A stretch of 64,000 bases of DNA from Desulfobulbaceae bacterium (GCA_023230525.1 JALNXE010000003.1:7037-71036), one strand, 5' to 3'; positions 9,484 through 19,763 are shown, counted from the stretch's first letter. Numbers and translations: made by a program. Notes: generated from the letters alone by a model not told the origin.

Positions 9484-10542
9484 ATGAAATTCGAACCGAA
9501 ATGGATTGCCTGGGAAATTACCAGACGTTGTAACCTCAAATGCGTTCACTGCCGGTCTTCTTCACAGCTTGAGGTCATCGGCCATCCTGATTTCCCCCTG
9601 GAGGAGGCCTTTCGGGTGCTTGACGATATCGCCTCCTACGCCAACCCCGTTGTCGTGCTTTCCGGCGGCGAGCCGCTGCTGCGCAAGGATGTCTTTGACA
9701 TTGCAACCTATGGCACGGGTAAAGGCCTGCGCATGTGCCTGGCCACCAACGGCACCTTGGTCACCGAAGAAATCTGCGGCAAAATCAAGGAGGCGGGCAT
9801 CAAAATGGTGTCGCTCAGTCTGGACGGCTCCACCGCCGAGGTGCATGATAATTTCCGCAATCAGGTCGGGGCCTTTACCGGGACCTTGCATGCCGCCGCC
9901 CTGTTTAAGAAGCATGATATCTCTTTTTTGGTAAATTCCTCCTTTACCAAGAGAAATCAGGAAGAGATCCCCAAGATCTATAAACTTGCCAAGGAAATCG
10001 GCGCCACCGCCTGGTACATGTTCATGATTGTGCCCACCGGCCGCGGTGAAGAGATCATGAAAGAACTCATTTCCATGGAGGATTATGAAAAAATGCTTGA
10101 ATGGCATTATGACATGGAAAAGGAGGAGGATGACATTCTGGTGCGGCCTACCTGCGCGCCAAGTTACTATCGCATCGTCCTGCAGAAAAAGAAGGAAACC
10201 GGTGACGATTTCCAGCGACGTACCCTGAAATTTTCCACCGGCGGCTCCAAAGGGTGCCTGGCCGGGCAATTAATCTGTCTGATCGATGTGGACGGCAACG
10301 TGCTGCCCTGCAGTTATTTCCCCATGAGCGCCGGCAACATCCGGGAGAAATCCTTTAAGGATATCTGGGAAAACTCAAAACTTTTCCATGACCTGCGTGA
10401 TTTCAAGTCCTATAAGGGCCGTTGCGGCTCCTGTGAATACGTCAATGTATGCGGCGGATGCCGGGCCCGCGCCTACGCCATGCACGGGGACTACCTGGCG
10501 GAAGAGCCCTTCTGTTCCCATGTCCCGGCCAAATTAAAATAA
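9484..10542 (+). CDS. Radical SAM/SPASM protein, AhbD/NirJ-like (putative anaerobic haem-pathway enzyme)
   Basis: CNLKCVHC (CxxxCxxC) lies near the N-terminus. The C-terminus has a Cys-rich SPASM-like region (CSYF...[18 protein letters not shown]). The gene sits directly upstream of hemE. Confidence 0.65.
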   Translation: MKFEPKWIAWEITRRCNLKCVHCRSSSQLEVIGHPDFPLEEAFRVLDDIASYANPVVVLSGGEPLLRKDVFDIATYGTGKGLRMCLATNGTLVTEEICGKIKEAGIKMVSLSLDGSTAEVHDNFRNQVGAFTGTLHAAALFKKHDISFLVNSSFTKRNQEEIPKIYKLAKEIGATAWYMFMIVPTGRGEEIMKELISMEDYEKMLEWHYDMEKEEDDILVRPTCAPSYYRIVLQKKKETGDDFQRRTLKFSTGGSKGCLAGQLICLIDVDGNVLPCSYFPMSAGNIREKSFKDIWENSKLFHDLRDFKSYKGRCGSCEYVNVCGGCRARAYAMHGDYLAEEPFCSHVPAKLK

Positions 10543-10638
10543 TCGCACCATTATGCTATGTTATGGGTTGCATAACTGCGACAGCTGCACCGTTGAATAA
10601 GTCAGCCAATCCACTCATCAAATACGAAGGAAAAAAGA

Positions 10639-11667
10639 ATGAATACAAATTTTCTCAAGGCCTGCAGAGGAGAAGCGGTCAGCCATACCCCCATCTGGAT
10701 TATGCGGCAGGCCGGCCGGTATCTGCCAGACTATCATAAAGTTCGGGGCAAGGTGACCTTTCTGGAGCTGTGCAAAACTCCGGAGCTGGCAGCGGAGGTA
10801 ACCCTGCAGCCGGTTGATATCCTCGGTGTTGACGCGGCAATTCTTTTTTCCGATATCCTGGTGGTTCTCGATGCCATGGGCATGCCCCTTGAGTTCCGGG
10901 AAAAACAGGGACCGGTGCTGCCCGCCCCCATTCGCACCAAGGCGGATGTTGACAAGCTGATTGTTCCCGATCCGGCCGACAAACTGGGCTATGTCATGGA
11001 TACCATCTCCCTGCTGCGCCGGGAACTTGCCGATAAGGTGCCGCTCATCGGTTTTTGCGGAGCCCCTTTTACCCTGGCAACCTACATGGTTGAAGGCGGT
11101 TCTTCGAAAAATTTTTTCCAGACCAAGAAGATGATGTACTCTGAACCGGATCTTTACGGGGCCATGCTGGACAAGGTGACCGAATGCACCATCAGCTATC
11201 TGCAGGCCCAGGTTGAGGCCGGGGCCCAGGCCCTGCAGGTCTTTGATTCCTGGGCCGGCGCCCTTGCCCCCTGTGATTTCGCTGAGTTTGCCCTGCCTTA
11301 TGTCAAAAAGATTATGGACGCTTTAAAGCCAGCCGGCGTGCCGTTGATCTATTTTGCCAACAATGGCTCCACCCTGATGAATCTGTCCAAGACCTGCGGC
11401 GCGGATGTGCAGGGACTGGACTGGCGGGTCAGTCTCGCTGATGCCATCAAGGTTTTCGGGCCGGATATCTCTGTGCAGGGCAATCTTGACCCCTGCGCCC
11501 TGCTGCTGCCCGAGGACAAGCTGGAAAAACGCATCGCCCGCATACTGGAGGAAGGCAAGGCGGCCCGGGGCCATATCTTTAACCTCGGCCATGGCATTCT
11601 GCCCGAAACTCCGCCGGAAAAGGCCAAGTTCGTCGTTGATACGGTCCATCGTCTGTCAGCCAGGTAG
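10639..11667 (+). CDS. hemE: Uroporphyrinogen decarboxylase
   Basis: N-terminal signature PIWIMRQAGRYLPDY; 342 aa. Confidence 0.9.
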   Translation: MNTNFLKACRGEAVSHTPIWIMRQAGRYLPDYHKVRGKVTFLELCKTPELAAEVTLQPVDILGVDAAILFSDILVVLDAMGMPLEFREKQGPVLPAPIRTKADVDKLIVPDPADKLGYVMDTISLLRRELADKVPLIGFCGAPFTLATYMVEGGSSKNFFQTKKMMYSEPDLYGAMLDKVTECTISYLQAQVEAGAQALQVFDSWAGALAPCDFAEFALPYVKKIMDALKPAGVPLIYFANNGSTLMNLSKTCGADVQGLDWRVSLADAIKVFGPDISVQGNLDPCALLLPEDKLEKRIARILEEGKAARGHIFNLGHGILPETPPEKAKFVVDTVHRLSAR

Positions 11668-11673
11668 GACAAG

Positions 11674-12252
11674 GTGGTTAGCGGCGTGAAGATCCCCAGC
11701 ATCGAAACCTGTCTGCAGCTGATGGATGATTACCGGATGCTGGACAACATCAAGGCCCATTCCAGGGTGGTGGCCAGGGTGGCTGAATTGATCACCGTCG
11801 GCCTCAGGCGGAGGAGCGGGGCGGATCTTAATCTTGATCTGGTGATCTCCGCCTCCCTGCTCCATGATATTGCCAAAACCCAGTGTCTTGACAACCGCTG
11901 TGACCACGCCAGAGTGGGCGGTGAGATCTGCCGGGAGCACGGTTTTGTCGAACTGGCCGATATCGTGGAAGAGCATGTGGTAATTAAAAACAACGGCAGC
12001 GGGCTTATTACGGAAAAGGAAATCGTCTATTACGCCGATAAGCGCGTCAATCATGATCAGGTGGTCAGCCTCCAGGACCGGCTCGATTATATTTTAGATC
12101 GCTATGGCCGCAATAATGCCGTGCGCTATGATTTGATCCAGCAGAATTTCGCCAAATGCCTCAGTATGGAAAAAAGGATTTTTGCCAGTCTTGATTTCCG
12201 CCCTGAACAACTTGCTTACCAGATCATGGCAAAGCAGGACTGGAGAGTCTGA
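11674..12252 (+). CDS. HD/HDIG-domain phosphohydrolase
   Basis: Contains HSRVV...LLHDIAK...DH. The gene is wedged between hemE and hemH with spacers of 6 nt or less. The start (GTG 11674) is uncertain. Confidence 0.6.
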   Translation: MVSGVKIPSIETCLQLMDDYRMLDNIKAHSRVVARVAELITVGLRRRSGADLNLDLVISASLLHDIAKTQCLDNRCDHARVGGEICREHGFVELADIVEEHVVIKNNGSGLITEKEIVYYADKRVNHDQVVSLQDRLDYILDRYGRNNAVRYDLIQQNFAKCLSMEKRIFASLDFRPEQLAYQIMAKQDWRV

Positions 12253-12254
12253 CC

Positions 12255-13232
12255 ATGGCGGATCAGTCACAGTCCATAGGCGTTATTCTGCTCAACCTGG
12301 GCGGACCGGAACGGCTGGAGGATGTTGAGCCTTTTTTGTACAACCTCTTTTCCGACCGCCAGATTATCCGGCTGGGCCCGGCATTTCTGCAGAAGCCCAT
12401 TGCCTGGATGATCGCGAAACGCCGCGCCCCGAAAAGCCGGAAGGCCTATGCCCTGATCGGCGGCGGGTCGCCGCTGAAAAGTCTTACCCTGCAGCAGGGT
12501 GAGGCCCTGGAGAAAGAACTGGGCAAGGCCGGCCGCTTCCAGGTTGTCATGGCCATGCGCTACTGGCGGCCCTTTGCCCGGGAGACCCTGCAGAAACTTG
12601 CCGATCAGAATATTTCCCGGATTATTGCCCTCACCCTCTACCCCCATTACTCCAAGGCAACCACCGGTTCTTCTCTTGAAGATCTGCACCATGCCGCCGC
12701 CTTGTTTCCTGATTTTTTTGATATCATCGAGATTGCCGCCTGGCCGGACCAGCCCGATTATATCCAATGCCTGGCAGATTCCATTGCTGCCGGCCTGAAA
12801 CAGTACAAGGGCGACGTTGCGGAGCTGGTTTACAGCGCCCACAGCCTGCCGGTGCGGTTTATTGAGGAAGGGGATCCCTATCTGGAGGACATGCGGAAAA
12901 CCATCGCGGCGGTGGAAAAAATTACCGGCATCAAAGGCCATCTCTGCTTCCAGAGCAGAAGCGGCCCGGTGGAATGGCTGTCACCGTCCACCCCCGACAT
13001 GCTGCAACAACTGGCGGGCCAGGGGTGCAGCAGGGTGCTGATGGTTCCCATCAGCTTTGTTTCCGACCATGTGGAAACCCTCTATGAAATCGACATCCAG
13101 TACCGGGAACTGGCTGAAACATTAGGTATGACCCTGAAACGGACGGAATCGCTCAACATCAGGCCCCGCTTCATTGCCGGTCTGAAAAAACTCGTCGAAG
13201 CGGCAGCGCGACAAAAAAAGTGGTTGTCCTGA
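12255..13232 (+). CDS. hemH: Ferrochelatase (protoporphyrin or coproporphyrin type not resolved)
   Basis: GVILLNLGGPERLEDVEPFLYNLFSD, YSAHSLP, SFVSDHVETLYEID. Confidence 0.9.
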   Translation: MADQSQSIGVILLNLGGPERLEDVEPFLYNLFSDRQIIRLGPAFLQKPIAWMIAKRRAPKSRKAYALIGGGSPLKSLTLQQGEALEKELGKAGRFQVVMAMRYWRPFARETLQKLADQNISRIIALTLYPHYSKATTGSSLEDLHHAAALFPDFFDIIEIAAWPDQPDYIQCLADSIAAGLKQYKGDVAELVYSAHSLPVRFIEEGDPYLEDMRKTIAAVEKITGIKGHLCFQSRSGPVEWLSPSTPDMLQQLAGQGCSRVLMVPISFVSDHVETLYEIDIQYRELAETLGMTLKRTESLNIRPRFIAGLKKLVEAAARQKKWLS

Positions 13233-13419
13233 TTTTTTCATCATTATCATCTCTTCCTGAACCTCTTTTCGGGTAGATTTTTTCCGGTAAGAGAATCCCG
13301 CCCGTCTTCCTGTGTCTGAATTATCCCCTGGAAAAGCCTTCACCCATAGCCAAACCGTACTACGCCATCCTGCCAGCCTTCCCCGCACTGCGCGCTTTAC
13401 TGCAGCATACATGTAGCAT

Positions 13420-13450
13420 TGGCGCGCAACACATTGTGTGGCGCACGCCA
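13420..13450 (+). promoter_or_regulatory. Imperfect 31-bp palindrome; candidate enhancer-binding-protein site
   Basis: TGGCGCGCAACACATTGTGTGGCGCACGCCA has 11 of 15 symmetric pairs. It lies 70-100 nt upstream of the sigma-54 motifs. Confidence 0.3.
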
Positions 13451-13519
13451 TTTTCTGCCACACTTCTGCGTTGTCGCCTTGTGCGGCAATCAGCAATAAA
13501 ACATTCATTTACAATGAGT

Positions 13520-13565
13520 TGGCAGTTTATTTGCCTGCTTTGCTCCTTGTGGCACGCCTGGTGCT
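13520..13565 (+). promoter_or_regulatory. Two tandem sigma-54 (-24/-12) promoter motifs
   Basis: TGGCAGTTTATTTGCC (13520-13535) and TGGCACGCCTGGTGCT (13550-13565) both keep the GG-N10-GC spacing of TGGCAC-N5-TTGCW. They lie 50-80 nt upstream of the ATG at 13615. Confidence 0.6.
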
Positions 13566-13614
13566 TTCTATCATATTAAAGGGTAAATGCAACGCATCTT
13601 GAAGGAGGAAGGCA

Positions 13615-13836
13615 ATGAAAAAGACAGCTGAAAATCATGTAAGTACTGCGGTCATCGACGGCTACGACTACGATGAAGATATTGCTGAAGCAGCATGTCA
13701 TGTTGGCACCGGGACAATTTTTAATTTTTGTGCGGTGATCGGGGTATGGTCGCTGGCCTGTCTGGGCAGTGCTGTTATCCAGTATGGCGTAATAGATATC
13801 CTGAAAGGATGGTTGTGCGCTATTTCCTGCAGTTAA
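13615..13836 (+). CDS. Hypothetical 73-aa protein: acidic N-terminal half, one hydrophobic helix, Cys-rich C-terminus
   Basis: Strong RBS GAAGGAGGAAGG lies 2 nt (the GGAGG core 7 nt) before the ATG. Contains DGYDYDEDIAEAA followed by IFNFCAVIGVWSLACLGSAVI. I recognise no family. Confidence 0.5.
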   Translation: MKKTAENHVSTAVIDGYDYDEDIAEAACHVGTGTIFNFCAVIGVWSLACLGSAVIQYGVIDILKGWLCAISCS

Positions 13837-13879
13837 CAAATCAGGCCAAAGCCTTTGAAATGCTAAATATGCTGTAAAT

Positions 13880-13963
13880 CCGGTTCCCGTCCCATCCGCG
13901 CTTCTCCTTTTCGGCTCAGGCCTGATTGGCTTGATGGGGAAACGCCGTGGCATGAGGGAAAAA
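13880..13963 (+). pseudogene. Orphan PEP-CTERM-type sorting-signal coding remnant (no start codon in frame)
   Basis: Translates to PVPVPSALLLFGSGLIGLMGKRRGMREK, i.e. P-x-P, a hydrophobic stretch, then a basic cluster. An in-frame TGA sits at 13856 and there is no ATG/GTG/TTG before the motif. The frame differs from the 73-aa ORF. Confidence 0.45.
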
Positions 13964-14003
13964 ATAGAAGCACAGCCTTTTTTTGCTGCGCTTGACGCCG
14001 AAA

Positions 14004-14037
14004 GGCAGGGTTATTCATGAGGACTCTGCCTTTTTTT
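14004..14037 (+). terminator. Rho-independent terminator closing the small sigma-54 unit
   Basis: GGCAGGGT-TATTCATGAGG-ACTCTGCC followed by T7. It is weaker in the reverse direction, where it lies downstream of rodA. Confidence 0.65.
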
Positions 14038-14113
14038 CTATGCTGCCTGCCGAAGGCGCCAGTTGATTCCCTCGATCAGTCCCGTTGTACCCGTGTTGGT
14101 CGTGAAATGCCTC

Positions 14114-15226
14114 TTAACCAGGCACCTGATAGCGTCGCATCCGGACGCTGATAAGGATTCCTATGCCGGCCATGGTGGTGAGCAGCGATGAGCCGCCGTA
14201 ACTGAAAAGGGGCAGAGGCATGCCGACCACGGGCAGCATGCCCATGACCATGGCGAGATTGATGAATGCCTGCCAGAAGATAAGCGATACCACGCCGATG
14301 CAGAGCAGGGTGCCGAATTTGTCCCGGGAGGACACGGCGCTGTTCAGCCCCCAGAGAATGAGAAAAAAATAAATGGATAAAAACAGGACAGAGCCGACAA
14401 AGCCGAATTCCTCGGCCCAGATGGAAAAGGCGAAGTCCGTATGGCGTTCCGGCAGGAAATCGAGATGGCCCTGGGTTCCCGCCAGATATCCCTTGCCGAA
14501 CGTCAGTCCGCTGCCCACCGCGATTTTTGACTGCATGATATGATAACCGCTTTTTAGCGGATCTGCCTCCGGGTTGAGAAATGTTTCAATGCGCTGGCGT
14601 TGATAGGGTTTGAGAATGAACTTCCAGGCAATGGGGATGAGAGAGGCGCAGACTCCCAGCAGAATATTCAGGGTCTGCCATTTGAGTTTGACAAACAGCG
14701 TCATGGAAACAAAGATAAAGCCGAGCATGAGGGCCGTGCCCAGATCCGGCTGTTTGAGGATAAGCAGAAAAGGAAAGAGGGTCAGGGCTATGGGAATGCC
14801 CAGTTCTTTCAAGGTAAATCCCTTGCCGGTATCTTTACGGGAATAGTAACTTGCCAGGGTGATGACGAGCATGAGTTTGGCGGGCTCGGACGGTTGCAGA
14901 TTGAAGAAACCGAGATTGATCCAGCGTTGGGCCCCTGACTGGGTTTTACCTAAAATCAGCGCATAAATCAGCAGCAGGCAGATGGCGCCGTACATGGGAT
15001 AGTTCCAGGCCATGAAGATGCGGTAGTCGACACTGATGATGGCCAGCACCAGGCCCATGCCCATAATGAAATAATAGAGCTGCTTGATGTAAAACGGGGT
15101 GCCGGGCGGTTTTTCCGGATAAATGGCGCTGTAGAGGTTCATCAGGCACATGGTGGCAATGAGTGCCAGCCAGAGCAGGATAATCCAGTCAAAATGCTGT
15201 AAGAGTCGTCTGTCAAAGCGTAACAT
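14114..15226 (-). CDS. rodA: Rod shape-determining protein RodA (SEDS family)
   Basis: 370 aa, polytopic. Contains QPSEPAKL and FSYGGSSLL. Located downstream of mrdA. Confidence 0.9.
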   Translation of the reverse strand: MLRFDRRLLQHFDWIILLWLALIATMCLMNLYSAIYPEKPPGTPFYIKQLYYFIMGMGLVLAIISVDYRIFMAWNYPMYGAICLLLIYALILGKTQSGAQRWINLGFFNLQPSEPAKLMLVITLASYYSRKDTGKGFTLKELGIPIALTLFPFLLILKQPDLGTALMLGFIFVSMTLFVKLKWQTLNILLGVCASLIPIAWKFILKPYQRQRIETFLNPEADPLKSGYHIMQSKIAVGSGLTFGKGYLAGTQGHLDFLPERHTDFAFSIWAEEFGFVGSVLFLSIYFFLILWGLNSAVSSRDKFGTLLCIGVVSLIFWQAFINLAMVMGMLPVVGMPLPLFSYGGSSLLTTMAGIGILISVRMRRYQVPG

Positions 15227-15263
15227 GATGAAGGCTAAAATATCTCAATCGGTATCGTAATGG

Positions 15264-15291
15264 GGCTGGCAGGTGTAACAACACCTGCCCC
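15264..15291 (-). other. Stable stem-loop in the mrdA-rodA spacer
   Basis: GGCAGGTGT-AACA-ACACCTGCC forms a 9-bp stem extended by GG/CC. There is no U-tract, so it is probably not a terminator. Confidence 0.4.
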
Positions 15292-15387
15292 ATCCTGGGA
15301 AGGAAGGTATTATAGTTAAATTTAGCGGCCAGTTCTGACTGTCTCGAAAACAACTGCTTAACAGTCGTCCAGTGCATGTTGAGTTTC

Positions 15388-17295
15388 CTATTGATCGTCA
15401 TGTAAATTCTGCGCCGGTTTTTTTTCAAGCTCATCATCATCTACTACGATCTTATCCTTAAAATACTCTTCGAGCACCTGTTTGGCAATAGGAGCAGCCA
15501 CCGAACCACCATGGCCGCTGTGCTCGACAAGCACTGTTACGGCTATTTCAGGTTTCTCCGCCGGGGCAAAGCAGGTAAACCAGGCATGATCCTTGTACTG
15601 CCTGGGGAGCAGCGACTGCGGTATGCTTTTGAACTTTGACATGCGAACCACCTGGGCGGTACCGGTCTTCCCGCCCACCGTAATCGATGGCATTTTGGCG
15701 CTGCCGGCTGTACCATGCCTGGTGTTCACTGCGTCGATCAGTCCATTTATGATGAAATTCCTGTCCTGAGCGGATCCGTGCACCGTGCCGAGAAGATCTG
15801 GTTGAATCTTTCTAATGGTAGAGCCCTCAGGGTCCTTAATTGCTTCAATGATCTGGGGTTTATAAAGCTTGCCGCCATTAACCAGGGCCGCGGTCATTCG
15901 GCAGATCTGTAAAGGAGTTGCCAGATTAAATCCTTGGCCTATGGCTACGGAAAGGGTTTCGCCGTCCTGCCACGCTTCATTTTTTTTCTTTTTCTTCCAG
16001 GCAGAGGTGGGAACGAGACCGGGTTTTTCATTTTCCAGGTCAATGCCGGTTTTCTGCCCCAGACCTAAACTTTCAGCGTAGGCTGCCAGTCTGTCTACGC
16101 CGAGCCGTTGCCCGACCTGATAAAAATAGACATCGCAGGATTCGGACAAGGCTCTCTGGAGGCTGATCGCTCCATGGCCTGAGGTTTTCCAGCAGCCATA
16201 ACGCCGGTTATAGATATTGAGTCCGCCGCTGCAATAGAAAACGGTTTGCGGGTTGATAATTTTTTCGCTCAAACCGGCCAGGGCCGTAACAATTTTGTAC
16301 GTCGAGCCGGGTGGATACTGGCCCTGAATGGTTTTATCGAGCAGGGGATGCAGAGGATCGTTGAGATGCTCCTGCCACACCTTAGCGGAAATACCACCGA
16401 TGAACTCGTCAAGTTTAAGCGGCGGAGAGCTTGCCAATGCCAGAAGTTTACCCGTATTGACATCCATGGCCACTACCGCCCCGCCGAGTCCTTCCATGGC
16501 TTTTTCGGCGGTCAGCTGCAGGTCCGTATCGATTGTCAGTTGCAGATCGTTACCCGGCAGGGGGTCCTGATGCTGGAGTATCTGCTGTTCAAAACCAAGG
16601 ACGTCCACCTCAAGGTAACGGTAACCTTTTTCGCCCCGCAACTCTTTTTCAAAAAGTTTTTCTATTCCCATTTTCCCGATGGGATCACCGCCCTGATACT
16701 TGCTGTTTTTAAGGGTTGCCAGCTCTTCCTTGTTGATCTGCCCCAGGTAGCCGATGAGATGGGATGCCATGTTGCCGTACAGATAATCGCGGCTTGGCAC
16801 TGCCTCAACGCGGACACCCGGCAGATCGAAATGGTGGTTTTCGATGTAGACAAGGGTTTGCCAGTCAATGTCCTCTTTAAGCAGGATCGGCATGTAGCGC
16901 GGCTGGCCGGATGCTTCCCGGATGCTGTTGAGCAGGTTAGAAATATCCTCATGCAGGATCAGCGCAAGCTTTTTAATCACTTCGTCCGGATTCGGGGCAT
17001 CTTCCTTGGTCCATACCAGATTGAAGTATGGGCGGTTGGTGATGATCACCCTACCGAACCGGTCAAGAACATTACCCCGGGGCGCCTGAATCTGCTGGAT
17101 GCGGATTCTGTTGTTTTCCGAGAGTTTTACGTATTCCTCACCTTTTTTGATCTGCAGAAACCAGAGCCGGGCGATGAGGATGGCGATGAAAACGATGATC
17201 AGGGCGGTGGCGATATCAACCCGCTTTTTGAGAATGATCAGCTCTTCCTCATCGATTTTATGTATTTTTTCGACTGCTCTCCGTATTCTGGGCAT
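15388..17295 (-). CDS. mrdA: Penicillin-binding protein 2 (elongasome transpeptidase)
   Basis: SxxK motif (GSTYK), SxD (SESCD) at the SxN position, and KTG motif (GKTGTAQ). The ATG is at 17295; the track ORF starts at a TTG at 17304. Confidence 0.9.
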   Translation of the reverse strand: MPRIRRAVEKIHKIDEEELIILKKRVDIATALIIVFIAILIARLWFLQIKKGEEYVKLSENNRIRIQQIQAPRGNVLDRFGRVIITNRPYFNLVWTKEDAPNPDEVIKKLALILHEDISNLLNSIREASGQPRYMPILLKEDIDWQTLVYIENHHFDLPGVRVEAVPSRDYLYGNMASHLIGYLGQINKEELATLKNSKYQGGDPIGKMGIEKLFEKELRGEKGYRYLEVDVLGFEQQILQHQDPLPGNDLQLTIDTDLQLTAEKAMEGLGGAVVAMDVNTGKLLALASSPPLKLDEFIGGISAKVWQEHLNDPLHPLLDKTIQGQYPPGSTYKIVTALAGLSEKIINPQTVFYCSGGLNIYNRRYGCWKTSGHGAISLQRALSESCDVYFYQVGQRLGVDRLAAYAESLGLGQKTGIDLENEKPGLVPTSAWKKKKKNEAWQDGETLSVAIGQGFNLATPLQICRMTAALVNGGKLYKPQIIEAIKDPEGSTIRKIQPDLLGTVHGSAQDRNFIINGLIDAVNTRHGTAGSAKMPSITVGGKTGTAQVVRMSKFKSIPQSLLPRQYKDHAWFTCFAPAEKPEIAVTVLVEHSGHGGSVAAPIAKQVLEEYFKDKIVVDDDELEKKPAQNLHDDQ

Positions 17296-17316
17296 GATAA
17301 GCAATTAGGAAGCGGG

Positions 17317-17853
17317 TTAATCCCTGAAGGTGTTTTTGTTTTTTGGCCGGAGAAAAAGCTGGGCTGCCTTTTTTGGTGTCAGTATCTCGTCAAAAGCTTC
17401 AAAAAACGTAAAGAGAGGCAAGGTAATGATGGCGAGCAGCAGGATTTGCATGAGGATATCTTTCCAGTTCCAGATCAACTCATTTTCCGGCGCCAGGTAG
17501 GATGCAAAAGAATAAAGCAGGCTATTGACAAAGAGATAGCTGGCGATGGCCATGGGGATGCGATGGACCGGTTCATGGATGGCCAGCCTTCGGGAGATTC
17601 CATGCAGCAGAAAAAAAAGCAGTAGATAGGTGATGGGGTAGACTCCCAGAAAAATTCTGGAGAAAATATCCATAATAAGCCCCAGTACGAGTAACAGCAG
17701 GGCTCCATGGACGAATTTGAGCCGGGTGGCCACAAAGACTATGAGCACAAAAAAAGCATCGGGTCTGCCGACCCACCCGGGCAGAATAGCCAGCAGGGAG
17801 GTCTGCAGGATCAGTAGAAAAACGCCAAGGAAAAAGAAGGAAATTACAGGCAT
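17317..17853 (-). CDS. mreD: Rod shape-determining protein MreD
   Basis: 178-aa polytopic membrane protein located between mreC and mrdA. Confidence 0.75.
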   Translation of the reverse strand: MPVISFFFLGVFLLILQTSLLAILPGWVGRPDAFFVLIVFVATRLKFVHGALLLLVLGLIMDIFSRIFLGVYPITYLLLFFLLHGISRRLAIHEPVHRIPMAIASYLFVNSLLYSFASYLAPENELIWNWKDILMQILLLAIITLPLFTFFEAFDEILTPKKAAQLFLRPKNKNTFRD

Positions 17854-17855
17854 GA

Positions 17856-18716
17856 TTAATGGTGTTGTTTCCCAAAGTCCTGGTCAGCCAACGAATTCTC
17901 ATGCATGATAATAATCAGATATTCCAGCTGCGAAAAATCTACCGCCGGTTCAACCTCAATTTGCTGGAACATGCCCCGTTTGCTTTTGGTGACCTCGGAA
18001 ACCTTGCCCACCGGCAGACCCTTGGGGAAAATATCACCAAGGCCTGAGGTGACGATGGCATCGCCTTTTTCAACGTCGGCATTTTTTAAGACATACTGCA
18101 GATTAAAACCGTTGCTGCCGTTGCCCTTGAGGATTCCCTGCACCCTGTTCTTCTGCAGGAGAACATCGATAGCGCTGTTGGGATCATTGGCCAGCAGGAC
18201 TTTCGAATAGTTTGGTGACGTGTCAAGAATCTGGCCCACCACACCTTCAACCGTGACCACGGGCATGCCCTTTTCCACCCCTTCGCTGCTGCCCCGGTCA
18301 ATAATGATGGTCCGGAACCAGAGGGAAGGATCGCGGCCCACGATCTGGGCAGTCAGGGTGGGGGGAGGCAGGGAGTCCTTGATCTGCAGCAGTTTGCTCA
18401 GGCGCACATTCGTGGCAACCGCCTCCCGGTACTTGATGTTGGTTTCCTTGAATTTATCCAGTTCTTGCTGGAGCCTCTTGTTATCATCCCGGACATACAG
18501 GAGGGCGATATAATCACCCCACACATTGGCTACGCCGGTTGTGAGCCGGGTAATGACATACTGCCCTTTGCCTATAAGGTCGAGCGCAAGTCTTTGCGGG
18601 CCGTTTAATTCCTGGCGGCCCACAGTGGAGGCAATCAGAATGAGGATGAAGGTCAGGATGGAGCCGAAGAGGAAAAAAAGCTTGATCTGCTTTGATTTTT
18701 TATTTTTTTTTCTCAT
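17856..18716 (-). CDS. mreC: Rod shape-determining protein MreC
   Basis: 286 aa with an N-terminal anchor, a coiled-coil segment (LQQELDKFKE) and a beta-rich C-terminus. Follows mreB. Confidence 0.8.
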   Translation of the reverse strand: MRKKNKKSKQIKLFFLFGSILTFILILIASTVGRQELNGPQRLALDLIGKGQYVITRLTTGVANVWGDYIALLYVRDDNKRLQQELDKFKETNIKYREAVATNVRLSKLLQIKDSLPPPTLTAQIVGRDPSLWFRTIIIDRGSSEGVEKGMPVVTVEGVVGQILDTSPNYSKVLLANDPNSAIDVLLQKNRVQGILKGNGSNGFNLQYVLKNADVEKGDAIVTSGLGDIFPKGLPVGKVSEVTKSKRGMFQQIEVEPAVDFSQLEYLIIIMHENSLADQDFGKQHH

Positions 18717-18725
18717 CAGGATAGA

Positions 18726-19763
<1,038 letters not shown>

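Noticed and set aside
13576-13953. 125-aa minus-strand ORF covering the 73-aa ORF and the PEP-CTERM remnant. A related 128-aa ORF lies at 13122-13508.
   Set aside because: It has no RBS, runs opposite to the sigma-54 promoters and terminator that define a plus-strand unit, and contains no recognisable domain.
15213-15440. 75-aa minus-strand ORF bridging the mrdA 3' end and the rodA start.
   Set aside because: It overlaps both flanking genes and contains the intercistronic hairpin. It is most likely non-coding spacer.
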